Source of the DNA: an uncultured Gammaproteobacteria bacterium | GTDB lineage: Bacteria; Pseudomonadota; Gammaproteobacteria; UBA9214 | NCBI GenBank assembly: GCA_963773065.1 | Contig: CAVYZN010000009.1 | Location: 160,001-224,000 of the forward strand | Direction of reading: 5' to 3' | DNA length: 64,000 bases | Shown here: piece by piece, positions 52,870 through 63,356 of the stretch | Position numbering within the stretch: the stretch's first letter is position 1 | Layout: the number at the start of each line of letters is the position of its first letter | The notes under the pieces: generated by a model | Told to the model about the DNA's origin: nothing | Databases searched by the model: none | The model's input: the letters and a program-made list of their open reading frames with translations, nothing else | Made by a program: the position numbers and the translations under genes

Positions 52870-53637
52870 CTAGCGTGGCAGCCAGACGGTGCCGCGGGGG
52901 CTTTGAAGGGCCTGCAGCGGGTGACCGTACAGGCGTTCCAGGTTCGACTGTGTCAGCACCCGTGCGGCTGTGCCCTGCAAGGTTACCCCTGCGCCGAACA
53001 GCAGCAGGAAATGATCGCAGTAGCGCGATGCAAGGTTGGGGTCATGCAGGACGAGGAGCATTGACTTCTGCCCGGCCTGTGCCCGCTGCCGCAGCAGATC
53101 CAGGATGTGAATCTGGTGATGGACATCCATATGGTTGGTCGGTTCATCCAGCAGGAGCAGTTCCGGGTCCTGTGCCAGGAGCGTGGCGATGCCCAGTCGT
53201 CGCCGTTCACCCCCGGAGAGTGTGGCCACGCTGCGGGTCTCCATGCGCTCCAGACCCACGGCGCGCAGGGCGTCTCGGGCCGCGGCAAAGTCCGGTGCGC
53301 CTTCCCATTGCAAGGGACCGAGATAGGGGTGGCGGCCGATCAGCACGGTTTCCATGACGCTGGCCGGGAACGCATCCTGATGCTCCTGCGGCAGCACGCC
53401 GATATGCCGGGCAATCCGGCGCCGGGTGAGGTTGTCCAGTGGGTTTCCCTCCAGCTTCACCGTGCCCGTCTCGGGACGGCGCAAGCCCGCCAGCGTGTGC
53501 AGCAGGGTGGTCTTGCCGGCGCCGTTGCGCCCGAGTATGCCCCAGTTCTCCCCGGCGTCGATGCGCAGATCGAGGTCGAGGCAGACCTCGACCCCGGCGA
53601 TGCGGATACCCAGTTGTTCTGTCTCAAGGCGGAGCAT
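52870..53637 (-). CDS. ABC transporter ATPase, BtuD/FecE-like
   Basis: GRNGAGKTT, LSGGERRR, LLLDEPTNH. Confidence 0.9.
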   Translation of the reverse strand: MLRLETEQLGIRIAGVEVCLDLDLRIDAGENWGILGRNGAGKTTLLHTLAGLRRPETGTVKLEGNPLDNLTRRRIARHIGVLPQEHQDAFPASVMETVLIGRHPYLGPLQWEGAPDFAAARDALRAVGLERMETRSVATLSGGERRRLGIATLLAQDPELLLLDEPTNHMDVHHQIHILDLLRQRAQAGQKSMLLVLHDPNLASRYCDHFLLLFGAGVTLQGTAARVLTQSNLERLYGHPLQALQSPRGTVWLPR

Positions 53638-53643
53638 GCGGGC

Positions 53644-54630
53644 TCAACCGTCCCTGCCGTAGCGTTCACGGCTGTGATAGAGCAGGTAAAGAAAGACCGG
53701 TACTCCGATCAGCGCCGTCAGTGTGCCCACGGGTAACTGGCGCGGGGCGAGGAGGGTGCGAGCCAGGGTATCGGCGATGACCAGCAGGCAGCCTCCCAGC
53801 AGCGCCGCCGCGGGCAACAGCACCCGGTGATCCCGCACGCCCTGCAAACGCAGCATATGCGGGACAATCAGGCCGACGAAACCGATGCTGCCCCCCATGG
53901 TGACGGCCGCCGCGGTGAGCAGCGATGCCATTACATAGATCAGGCGCCTCAGTGGCTGGATCGTGACGCCCAGTGTGGCGGCCACCACCTCACCATGCGC
54001 CAGCAGATTGAGCGAACGGCCGCTCGCAACCGCCACCAGCAGACCGGCCAGCAGAACGGCAAAACCTTCCACCGGGGTTGTGGCATAGGACAGGTCACCC
54101 ATCAGCCAGAACAGCATGCCGCGCAGGTCCCGCTCGGGACTGAGCGCGAGCAGAAAGCCGATGGCGGCGCCCCAGCCGGCGGCGACGACAACCCCGGTCA
54201 GGAGCAGCCGGCTGATGGACCAACCGCCATGTCCATGCGACAGCCCGAAGACGAGCAGCATGGACAGGAGGGCGCCGGTGAACGCGGCGCCCTGCAGCCA
54301 GATGCCGCCGATTCCCAGCAGCAGCGTCAGCAGCGCCGCCACCGCCGCGCCGCCCGAAATGCCAAGCACATAGGGGTCCGCCAGGGGGTTGCGCAGCAGC
54401 ACCTGCATCAACCCGCCGGCCAGAGCCAGTAAGGCGCCGGTGACATAGGCCGCGGCGGTGCGCGGCCAACGCAGGTCGAGGATCACCCGGGTGGCAAACC
54501 CCTCTCCATTGCCGTGAATGGCGGAAAGCAGTTCCGCCCACCCGATATCCATGCTGCCGTTTGCCATACTGAACAGGACGCTGATACCGCTTAATAGCAG
54601 AAGTGACGTAAACAGCACGGGTGGGCGCAT
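53644..54630 (-). CDS. FecCD/BtuC-family ABC permease
   Basis: LRNPLADPYVLGISGGA, FWLMGDL, GSIGFVGLIVPH, DTLART. Confidence 0.92.
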   Translation of the reverse strand: MRPPVLFTSLLLLSGISVLFSMANGSMDIGWAELLSAIHGNGEGFATRVILDLRWPRTAAAYVTGALLALAGGLMQVLLRNPLADPYVLGISGGAAVAALLTLLLGIGGIWLQGAAFTGALLSMLLVFGLSHGHGGWSISRLLLTGVVVAAGWGAAIGFLLALSPERDLRGMLFWLMGDLSYATTPVEGFAVLLAGLLVAVASGRSLNLLAHGEVVAATLGVTIQPLRRLIYVMASLLTAAAVTMGGSIGFVGLIVPHMLRLQGVRDHRVLLPAAALLGGCLLVIADTLARTLLAPRQLPVGTLTALIGVPVFLYLLYHSRERYGRDG

Positions 54631-54674
54631 GGAGACGGGTCGGATATCAAACGCCTAAAAGTGGTCCGCTGGCG

Positions 54675-54850
54675 TTACTAAGACCATCACAAGTCATGCC
54701 ACGCGCTCCGCTGCGGTGAGGGGCGTCGAAACATGTCGTGAATACGTCCCTGTAGGCCCGTGTGCCACCGACCTGGCGGTATACGGTCCTGGCAAGACCA
54801 TCCCGGAGCATGCTCCTGCAAAGTGGCTCTACTAACGAAGGTTTTAGTAA
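54675..54850. mobile_element. MITE-like intergenic element containing a CAGGGA-type hairpin
   Basis: TTACTAAGACCATC / GAAGGTTTTAGTAA terminal IRs (12/14); internal GTGAATACGTCCCTGTAGGC. Confidence 0.55.
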
Positions 54851-54892
54851 TAATCGCATGCGCGAGAACCGGATGATCGTTGCGGCAGCAGA

Positions 54893-55550
54893 CTAGCCTC
54901 TCAGGCTGATGACGGGCCAACCCTGTTTTCCGGCATGCCGGCGCAGGATCTCATCGGGATCGACGGCCACCGGATGGGTCACTTCTTTCAGCAGCGCCAA
55001 GTCGTTGTGGGAATCGCTGTAGAACCAGCTGTGCTCGAGTGTTTGGCGGTTTCTCTCCAGCCAGCCCGCCAGCCTTTGAACCTTGCCCTCCTGAAAACAG
55101 GGAATATCGGTGATGCCGCCCGTATAACGGCCATCGACCACTTCAGGTTCCGTGGCCAGCAAGCTGGTCAACTCCGTAGAGTCCGGCAATCGGGCCGGTG
55201 ATGAAGCGATTGGTAGCCGTGATGATCACGGGCAGATCACCCTTGCGGCGGTGCTCCTCAATCAGTGCCCGCGCCTTTGGCAGCAGTATCGGCATGATTT
55301 TCTCTTCGATATACCGATCGCGCCAATGCTTGAGCGTGTCCATGTCATGTTCGGCCAGGGGTCGTAGCTGGAAGCGCAGGAATTCATGGATGTCCAGTTC
55401 GCCCACCTGGTACTGGTCGTAAAAGCGCTGGTTTTCCTGCTCGTAGTACTCCCGGTCGACGACGCCCTGTTCGGCGAGAAAACAGCCCCACAAGTAGTCG
55501 CTGTCACCGCCAAGCAGGGTGTTGTCCAGGTCAAACAGCGCAATACTCAC
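54893..55550 (-). CDS. HAD-IB family hydrolase (frameshift near 55165)
   Basis: [26 protein letters not shown]. Confidence 0.88.
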
Positions 55551-55705
55551 CGGCGTTCCCCTTCGTGCAAAAAACGTCGCCAAGCATAGGGCGTGGAAGA
55601 GGAAAGGTAAAACAGCCATGCCTTGTGGCGGAACCCGGCAATTGCTCAGGATGTGCGGCTATGGGAGAATAAGGCATACGAAAATCCGCAGGATGGATTT
55701 ATCAA

Positions 55706-56221
55706 GTGATTGATTTTGATGGATTCAGGCCGAATGTCGGCATCATACTGTCCAATCGCGAAGGCCGTGTGTTATGGGCGCGCCGCGTCGGTCAGGATGC
55801 CTGGCAGTTCCCGCAGGGCGGCATCCACACGGACGAAACGCCATGTGAGGCCATGTACCGGGAGCTGGCCGAGGAAGTGGGTCTGCTGCCTGAGCATGTC
55901 GAGCTGATGGGGGCGACGCGCGGCTGGTTGCGTTACCGCCTGCCACGCCAGTATATTCGCCGCACCTGTCGTCCTGTATGCATAGGCCAGAAACAGGTCT
56001 GGTTCATGTTGCGTCTGCTGGGTGATGACGCCGTGGTCTGCCTGCATACTTCCGATAAGCCAGAATTCGATCTCTGGTGCTGGGTTGACTACTGGCATCC
56101 GCTGAACGAGGTTGTGGCCTTCAAGCGTAATGTCTATAAAAAAGCGCTGAAAGAACTCGCGCCGTTACTGTTTCCTGAAGGGGTTCCCGGCTTACCCGGT
56201 AATAACTGGTTGTCAAAGTAG
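55706..56221 (+). CDS. rppH: RNA pyrophosphohydrolase
   Basis: [15 protein letters not shown], Nudix [15 protein letters not shown]; upstream of ptsP. Confidence 0.96.
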   Translation: MIDFDGFRPNVGIILSNREGRVLWARRVGQDAWQFPQGGIHTDETPCEAMYRELAEEVGLLPEHVELMGATRGWLRYRLPRQYIRRTCRPVCIGQKQVWFMLRLLGDDAVVCLHTSDKPEFDLWCWVDYWHPLNEVVAFKRNVYKKALKELAPLLFPEGVPGLPGNNWLSK

Positions 56222-56300
56222 CACGCATGAGGCATAAGGTCTTCCTGGCTGTCGAAGACACGGTTGCTGGCGACTAATCCCTTTTAACGGAGCGCTGCTT

Positions 56301-58568
56301 ATGCTGGATATCCTCCGGCGCATCATCCAGGAAGTCAATGCGGCTCCCGACCTGCAGAAGGCGCTCGATATCATTGTCCAGCGCGTCCGCGTGAACGTGG
56401 GCGTGGATGTCGCCTCGGTCTACTTGCTTGATGTCGAGCATGACCAGTATGTCTTGATGGCCACCGAGGGATTCCGCAAGGATGCCATTGGCAAGGTGCG
56501 CATCGACAAGGGCAAGGGTCTTATCAGCATGGTGGCTGACCGCGAGGAGCCGGTTAACCTGGAGGACGCCCCCAGCCATCCCCAGTATCTTTTCATCGTT
56601 GAGACGGGCGAGAAGCCCTACCATGGTTTTCTCGGGGTGCCCATCATCCAGCATCGCAAGGTGCTCGGGGTCCTGGTGGTCCGCCAGCGGGAATACCGCA
56701 AATTCGGTGAAGAGGAGGAGGCCTTCCTGGTCACCCTGGCGGCACAGCTTGCTGGTGCCATCACCCATGCGGGCGCCAGCGGTGAAATTTCCAGACTGCT
56801 GGACACCAGGGACGAGGTTTCGATCACGCTGCGGGGTCTGCCGGGGGCGCCGGGCATGGCGATCGGTCAGGCCATGGTGGTGTACCCGCCGGAGAATCTC
56901 GATGCCATCCCGGATCGCAAGCCCGTGGACATTGAGGTCGAGGTCGAGAGTTTTTATAAAGCCGCGGCCGCCGTGCAGGATGATCTGCGGGATTATTCCA
57001 ACCGAATGTCCGGATCGCTGCCGGCGGAAGATCTGGCGTTGTTTGATGCCCTGCTGCTCATGCTGGACAGTGACAGTCTGGTTGCCAAGACCGTGGAACG
57101 CATTCGTGGCGGTAACTGGGCGCCGGGTGCTTTGCGCCAGACGATCGCGGAGCACGTGCAGGTGTTTGAAACCATGGAGGATGCCTACCTGCGCGAGCGC
57201 GCCAGCGATATCCGGGACCTGGGGCGCAGGATAGTGACCCATATCCAGAGCGACCGGCCGGCGCCCCGGCCGGTCTATACCTCCACGGTGCTGGTTGGCA
57301 AGGAGATCAGTGTCGGACAACTGGCCGAGATACCGGTAGAACATCTCGCAGGCATCGTCTCTACCAGTGGCTCCAGTTCTTCGCACGTTGCCATCCTGGC
57401 GCAGGCCCTCGGTATTCCCGCCGTGATGGGTGTCGAGGATCTGCCAGTGGCCCGTCTGGAGGGGCAGACACTGATCGCGGATGGTTATCGTGGCGAAGTG
57501 TTCGTCCGTCCGTCAGAAGTGCTTCGCGGTGAATTTCTGCGTTTGCAGGCCGAGGAATCCGCGCTGATACGGGGCCTGAACGAAATGGCCGACCAACCGT
57601 CCGTTACGCCGGACGGCGTATCCGTGCCGCTCTATCTGAATACCGGTCTGGTGTTTTCGGATATCGAGTCGTCCATGCACAGTGAATGTGACGGCGTCGG
57701 CCTGTACCGTACCGAGATTCCATTTCTGATGCGTACGCAGTTTCCCGGCGAAGAGGAGCAGATGCGGATCTACCGCAAGGCGCTGGAAGCCTTTGCTCCG
57801 CGACCGGTGACGCTGCGCACGCTCGATGTCGGCGGTGACAAGATGCTGCCTTACTTCCCGGTCAAGGAAGATAACCCGTTCCTCGGCTGGCGCGGAATTC
57901 GCATTTCACTCGATCACCCGGAGATATTTCTGACCCAATTGCGCGCCATGCTGCGTGCCAGCGTCGGCCTGGACAATCTCACTATCTTGTTGCCCATGGT
58001 GTCGACGGTTACCGAAGTCGATATCGCGCTGACGTTCATTTCACAGGCGATGGGTGAACTGATCGAGGAAGGCGAGGAGGTGCATCGCCCGCCCGTTGGC
58101 GTCATGATCGAGGTGCCGTCGGCGGTCTACCAGGTGGCGGCCATGGCACGGCGCGTGGATTTCTTCTCCATTGGCACTAATGACCTTACTCAGTACCTGC
58201 TGGCGGTGGATCGTAACAATACCCGCGTTGCCAGGCTCTATCAGTCATTGCACCCGGCAGTACTGGGCGCAATCAAACAGGTAGTGGATGCGGCGCACCT
58301 GCTGGGCAAGCCGGTCAGTGTGTGTGGTGAGATGGCCGGTGATCCGGCGGCCGCGCTTGCCCTGTTGGGTCTGGGTGTTGACAGCCTGAGCATGTCGGTC
58401 AGCAGTCTGCCGCGCATTAAATGGGTGGTCCGGAGCTTCACCCGTGCCGAGGCGCAGGACCTGCTCGCCCAAGCCTGGGCGATGGAGGACCCGCGTGAGA
58501 TCAGGACACTTTACAACAGCGTGCTTGAACAGGGTGGGTTGGGGGGACTGGTGCGTCCTGGTAATTAA
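56301..58568 (+). CDS. ptsP: Enzyme I-Ntr (GAF + PEP-utilising domains)
   Basis: N-terminal GAF, SHVAIL phospho-His site, GLYRTE, SIGTNDLTQY, CGEMAG. Confidence 0.96.
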   Translation: MLDILRRIIQEVNAAPDLQKALDIIVQRVRVNVGVDVASVYLLDVEHDQYVLMATEGFRKDAIGKVRIDKGKGLISMVADREEPVNLEDAPSHPQYLFIVETGEKPYHGFLGVPIIQHRKVLGVLVVRQREYRKFGEEEEAFLVTLAAQLAGAITHAGASGEISRLLDTRDEVSITLRGLPGAPGMAIGQAMVVYPPENLDAIPDRKPVDIEVEVESFYKAAAAVQDDLRDYSNRMSGSLPAEDLALFDALLLMLDSDSLVAKTVERIRGGNWAPGALRQTIAEHVQVFETMEDAYLRERASDIRDLGRRIVTHIQSDRPAPRPVYTSTVLVGKEISVGQLAEIPVEHLAGIVSTSGSSSSHVAILAQALGIPAVMGVEDLPVARLEGQTLIADGYRGEVFVRPSEVLRGEFLRLQAEESALIRGLNEMADQPSVTPDGVSVPLYLNTGLVFSDIESSMHSECDGVGLYRTEIPFLMRTQFPGEEEQMRIYRKALEAFAPRPVTLRTLDVGGDKMLPYFPVKEDNPFLGWRGIRISLDHPEIFLTQLRAMLRASVGLDNLTILLPMVSTVTEVDIALTFISQAMGELIEEGEEVHRPPVGVMIEVPSAVYQVAAMARRVDFFSIGTNDLTQYLLAVDRNNTRVARLYQSLHPAVLGAIKQVVDAAHLLGKPVSVCGEMAGDPAAALALLGLGVDSLSMSVSSLPRIKWVVRSFTRAEAQDLLAQAWAMEDPREIRTLYNSVLEQGGLGGLVRPGN

Positions 58569-58619
58569 CCCGCAATTCTTACCGGACGGCCGTAAGACTA
58601 CCTATCCAACACCAGTGTA

Positions 58620-59426
58620 TCAAGCGCCTGTATGCTGTTGCTTGTTTCTTCGGTGCTCCATTGCATTGACCTGGTGCTTGCCCCAGAGCCAGACGCCGCT
58701 GCTCGCCAGCAACAGGAACAACAGGGCCGCCGCATCCACGAAATAAACGCCCTTACTGCCGAGGATACGTCCGCTATGAATGTCGAGCAGAACCCGTTCC
58801 AGAGACAGCCCCGTCCCGCGATAGGCCTGTTGCAATGCCGCCCGCAGTTCCGGGGAAGGGGCTGCGGGTACTGCCCAAGTGATCGTCGCTTCGTCCGATG
58901 TTTCATGCCATTTCAGAACGTCTCTGTCTGTCTGGTAGATACCCAGTGGGGTTTTCAGGACGAGATCGCCGGCGGCGTTGCGTCCCAAAGCCTGCATGCC
59001 GGCTGGGACGCCAGCCGCGCTGTCCAGCCGTTCGATCAGTTCGCCGTTGGGGGTGAACAGGATAAGTTGCCCCTCGATGCCAATAATAACCTGGCCGTGA
59101 GCTTCAACAATGCCCAGAAGTGGTGACGACGCTTGTGGTATGGGCGTTGTGTTCCAGTAGATTTGCGTGCCCACTTCCGTAATGGTGCTGGATCCGGCCG
59201 TATAGGTTGGCATCGCTTCCGGCGCCTTGACTCCATACCAGTCCAGCAGGATGGCGGACTGTACGTGGCGTGAGTCCAGGGCAAGATCTTCCGTGTGATT
59301 GAGCAGCAGGCCGGTGAGTGTGAGCAGGATGACGAACAGCGCCGAGGTAAGGCCAATATTGCGGTGCCAGATAAACAGCGACCGCAGCAGTTTGGCGCGC
59401 GCCGGTTTTCTTTTATGGCGAGTCAT
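58620..59426 (-). CDS. PepSY-associated TM helix protein
   Basis: WHRNIG, TGLLLNH, LDIHSGR, SGVWLW. Confidence 0.85.
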   Translation of the reverse strand: MTRHKRKPARAKLLRSLFIWHRNIGLTSALFVILLTLTGLLLNHTEDLALDSRHVQSAILLDWYGVKAPEAMPTYTAGSSTITEVGTQIYWNTTPIPQASSPLLGIVEAHGQVIIGIEGQLILFTPNGELIERLDSAAGVPAGMQALGRNAAGDLVLKTPLGIYQTDRDVLKWHETSDEATITWAVPAAPSPELRAALQQAYRGTGLSLERVLLDIHSGRILGSKGVYFVDAAALLFLLLASSGVWLWGKHQVNAMEHRRNKQQHTGA

Positions 59427-59967
59427 TGGCCATGGGTGTTTGGTTATTCAGGAACAGTGCCAGGCGGGCCAGTTTTTTCAGCGCCCGTACTGACAGCGTG
59501 GCGCCCGAAATGCCGTCAATCGATTTATCCAGTTCATTCTCCACCGTCAGTCTGGTGCCTTTGAACTGATCGGTAAAGAACGGATAGCGCACTTCCCAGC
59601 CACGGCTTTCACGAAAGGCCAGTACCTTGACTGTTTCCATGCGACCATTCTCGACTACAAGGCCCACCGTGATCGGGCGCTCCTTGCCGATCTCTTCCAG
59701 TATCCATGCCGTGCGATGCCTTACACCCCAGTAGCGTACTCGCAGAGCATCCGGGGCGTGTCCCAATATCTCCGTGATCGGCGCACGCAGCTCCCGGGTT
59801 ATCCAGAGCACTTCGGGTGCTGGCGGTTTCCCGTCAAAAACCTCACTGATGAATGCCTCGGGTTCCTGATCGACCTCTTCCGCCAATGCGCTTGCCGCGG
59901 GGGCAAGCAACAGGCTAAGCGCAAAGAGCGCGAAGAAGATAATATACCGTGAACGGGTGCGGGGCAC
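59413..59967 (-). CDS. Exported FMN-binding domain protein
   Basis: Signal-like N-terminus, IGKERPIT, FRESRGWEV, IDGISGATLS flavinylation motif. Confidence 0.88.
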   Translation of the reverse strand: MPRTRSRYIIFFALFALSLLLAPAASALAEEVDQEPEAFISEVFDGKPPAPEVLWITRELRAPITEILGHAPDALRVRYWGVRHRTAWILEEIGKERPITVGLVVENGRMETVKVLAFRESRGWEVRYPFFTDQFKGTRLTVENELDKSIDGISGATLSVRALKKLARLALFLNNQTPMANDSP

Positions 59968-60022
59968 AGCATCCTGTGCCCCGCAGGATCGGCGACGCTG
60001 ACGACCGGATGGATGCCCGGTA

Positions 60023-61301
60023 TCAAAACTGGTAGCCGATGCCGAGATTAAAGCCATTATCATTCTCTGCGCTGTCGTTATCCTGGGCCTGGACGTCGAA
60101 TTTGAATACGACATCCGGTATCGGCCAGTAGTTGAGCCCCGAATTAATCTGCTTCATCACGCTATCGTCGGATGAACCGGCATTGTTGTCCCAGACATTG
60201 TAGCGGACAAACAAGCCCCACTCGCCGGGGATTTCACCCAGCCGGGTCTTGTAGGACGGTTCGACATACCAGCCCTCCTGCTCGTCACGGCCGATCGCGT
60301 CAGGATCGGACGCATCGATGACATTGTGCTTGTCGAGGTCCCAGCGGGCGTAGAGGGCGCGGAATCCGAAGGGCCCCTGCTGGATGTCACCATGCGCTTC
60401 CAACAGCGTCGCGCCTACGCCGAGTGCACTCTGGGTGATATCTTTCTGCCATTGGCCGGTCAGTCCCAGTTCTACTCCCGGCAGGCCGGTCCATTTGAGG
60501 CGGCCGGTAACGGCGCCGTCGTTGGCCTTGGCTTCGGAAACCTCCTGGCGTCCTTCGCGGATCAGGAAGGCATCGCTGCCCGTAGTTTCTACGTCAAGCC
60601 CCGAGGTGCCTGCCAGACTGTAACTGAAACCTCTTCCCAGCTCGCCGTTAAAATCGGCGCCGGCTTCCCGCCAGGTGGTGGGAATGATATCGGTTTCGAC
60701 GGGGTTGCGCTCCACCCCATAGAAGGTGGGGGGTTCGTGCGTCTCATTCAGGATGCCGACGGGCACGAGGAAGACACCGGTCTTGGCCGTGTGTCGATTG
60801 TTCAGATCGAATTCCAGGTATGCCTGCTCGAGTTCGACCTCGCCGTTCGTATCGGAGGCCACGACCGCATGTTCGATCTCGACTTCAGAGAACAGGCGGA
60901 TGCTGTCGGTGAATTCATGCTCCAGGCTCAGAACAAAACGGCTGAAGTCGACTTCTTTTTTACTGTCAAGGTTGTTGTAATGCAATTCACCATAGCCGCC
61001 GAGTTTCGTCTTGTCGGCCCAACTGCCAGCGCCCGTGGTCTTAGCCGACGGATTCCTCGACGGCGACCACGGCAGCCTCGGCTTTTTTATCGGCGGTCAC
61101 CGCTTTTTCACCCGCTGCCTCGACCCTTTGGTCCGTGCTTTGCTGTTGGCGTTTGAGGGCCTCAATCTCGGCTTGCTGGCTCTGAATAATTTTCCAGAGT
61201 TCTTCAACGCTGGGGGTTCTGGGTTCCGCGACGGCTGTGAGCGTAGTTACCACTAGCACAAGCGAGGTGAGAGAATACAGGAACAGAAAGGGATGTTTCA
61301 T
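60023..61301 (-). CDS. Outer-membrane porin with N-terminal coiled coil (frameshift near 61045)
   Basis: Signal peptide, coiled coil, GGYGELHYN, HEPPTFYGVERN, C-terminal GIGYQF. Confidence 0.82.
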
Positions 61302-61360
61302 GAAACTGGTACTCCTTGGTGATGGTGACAATCAGAAACGCCATCAGTGTATTCATTTTT

Positions 61361-61391
61361 AACACAAATGCAAATCATTAGCATTAGTGTT
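61361..61391. promoter_or_regulatory. Fur-box-like palindrome
   Basis: AACACAAATGCAAATCATTAGCATTAGTGTT, near-perfect dyad whose core resembles GATAATGATAATCATTATC; 60 bp upstream of the porin start. Confidence 0.7.
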
Positions 61392-61601
61392 TGTTAAAAT
61401 CTATTGATTATTGTATGGAAAGAACGGGTAATTATATCTATGTTGTTGTTATTAATAGTTAATGTTGTGATAATGGCAAGCAATGGCAGTCTGATCCTCA
61501 AGTGCTGTATCACGTATTGGCTGGTACCCGGAACAAACACAGTTTATATTGCATCTAATCTGTTGGAATTTTCCTCAAACGTATTGATCAAGAGGTTTGA
61601 C

Positions 61602-62006
61602 ATGACACAAGCAGCTACCCAAGCAACTACCCAATCAGAAATGACGCTGACCGCAACTGACCTTAGCCTTACCCTGGCGGCGCGGGAGAAGATGGTCGAA
61701 TTGTTCAGCCAGGTTGATGATGCTGATTTACAGGCCATTCGTGTCTTTGTATCGGGTGGCGGTTGCGGGGGCATGGGTTATGGCATGACCTTCACCGATA
61801 CACGCAGTGAATTCGACTATATACGCAAGGAAAACGGCTTCAGTGTCTATGTCGATGCCGTGGCGCTCAACTACCTGCGTGGCGTGGAAATCGATTATGT
61901 CGAACGTCCAACCGGCGCCAGTTTTGTCTTTAACAACGCCTTCTCCCTGACGGGTGGTTCGGGCACCTGTGGCGCGTGTGGTGCCGCAGGCGGAGGTTGT
62001 GCCTGA
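61602..62006 (+). CDS. HesB/IscA-family A-type Fe-S carrier-like protein with atypical Cys tail
   Basis: IRVFVSGGGCGGMGYGM, VYVD, EIDY, FVFNN, tail TCGACGAAGGGCA; SD AGAGG. Confidence 0.85.
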   Translation: MTQAATQATTQSEMTLTATDLSLTLAAREKMVELFSQVDDADLQAIRVFVSGGGCGGMGYGMTFTDTRSEFDYIRKENGFSVYVDAVALNYLRGVEIDYVERPTGASFVFNNAFSLTGGSGTCGACGAAGGGCA

Positions 62007-63276
62007 GAACTCCGATCCGAAGGAGACGGCACGCCTCCTTCTGATTACTCCACCAAACAGTTACCGGACTGTTCCCTTTCTTCAGGCTGCCCGGCGCCAG
62101 GGTATTACTGCCCTGGTCGCCTCTGAGGGCAGGTTTTCCCTGGTCAGCGAGATTGCTGACGGCCTGCATATCGATCTCGAAGATCCTGCGGCGCTCGAGC
62201 GGTTGCTGGCAGCCAATGACATACATCCCTTCATCGGCGTGGTGGCCACCGACGATGCCAGTGTGGAACTCGGCAGTCGTATCGCCCAAGCGTTGAATCT
62301 ACCGCACAACCCACCCCAAGCAGCCCGGTTTACGCGGCGCAAGGACCTCTCACGACAGGCGCTCGCCGCTGCGGGTGTGTCCGTACCCGAATTCCGGATC
62401 ATCGATTTACAACAGCCGATAGCATCACAGCTTGGCCGACTGAAATTTCCATGTGTGATCAAGCCACTGTCACTCTCTGCCAGTCGCGGTGTTATCAGAG
62501 TGGATGATGCCGATGCACTGTGTGCAGCCTGCATCCGTGTGCAGCGGATCCTTGCCGGCGAAACAACACGTGATGCCTTTGCGGCCACACACCTGCTGAT
62601 TGAAGCGTTCATATCCGGCCCCGAAGTCGCCCTGGAGGGTTTATTGTGCAGGGGGCAGTTGAGCGTGTTGGCGATATTCGACAAGCCGGACCCGCTGGAA
62701 GGACCGTTCTTCGAGGAGACCTATTACATCACCCCGGCGCGTCATGACGAGGCCATCAAGGCACGGATCACCCGGCGTGTAGAGGATGCCTGTGAGGCGC
62801 TTGGTTTGCGCGAAGGCCCGGTACATGCCGAGGTGCGTATCAGTCAGGGGGATGGTGTCATCATGGAGGTCGCCTCGAGGACTATCGGGGGTGATTGCGC
62901 CCGCCTGCTGCGCTTCGGCACCGGCCAAGGACTGGAGGATCTGGTGATCTCGCATGCGGTGGGTAATCCGCTGCCGGTGAAGTCATGGGAAGGTGGCGCC
63001 GGTGTGCTGATGATTCCCATTCCAGAGGCCGGTATCCTGCGGCGCATCGAGGGTATAGCCAGGGCGCGCGCCGTGCCCTGGATTGAGGATATCCTGATCG
63101 GTATCCGCGAAGGCTATGAAATCGTGCCGTTACCGGAAGGCGCGAGTTATCTGGGCTTTATCTTTGCCCATGCCCCTACACCAGCAGCGGCGGAGGCGGC
63201 ATTGCGGGAGGCACATGCGAAACTGAAGATCGTTGTTGCACCCAAGATAGTGCTGGAGGACAGGCGTCAGTCGTAA
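61999..63276 (+). CDS. ATP-grasp domain protein (start uncertain)
   Basis: FPCVIKPLSLSASRGVIR, LIEAFISGPE, HAEVR, EVASR; overlaps the IscA-like stop. Confidence 0.85.
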   Translation: MPENSDPKETARLLLITPPNSYRTVPFLQAARRQGITALVASEGRFSLVSEIADGLHIDLEDPAALERLLAANDIHPFIGVVATDDASVELGSRIAQALNLPHNPPQAARFTRRKDLSRQALAAAGVSVPEFRIIDLQQPIASQLGRLKFPCVIKPLSLSASRGVIRVDDADALCAACIRVQRILAGETTRDAFAATHLLIEAFISGPEVALEGLLCRGQLSVLAIFDKPDPLEGPFFEETYYITPARHDEAIKARITRRVEDACEALGLREGPVHAEVRISQGDGVIMEVASRTIGGDCARLLRFGTGQGLEDLVISHAVGNPLPVKSWEGGAGVLMIPIPEAGILRRIEGIARARAVPWIEDILIGIREGYEIVPLPEGASYLGFIFAHAPTPAAAEAALREAHAKLKIVVAPKIVLEDRRQS

Positions 63277-63356
63277 CACGTAAACATGAAAAGCGAAAGA
63301 CAGGGAATGTACGTCCTGTCTTTATCGCGTTTCACGTTTTATTTTTCACGTGTAGA

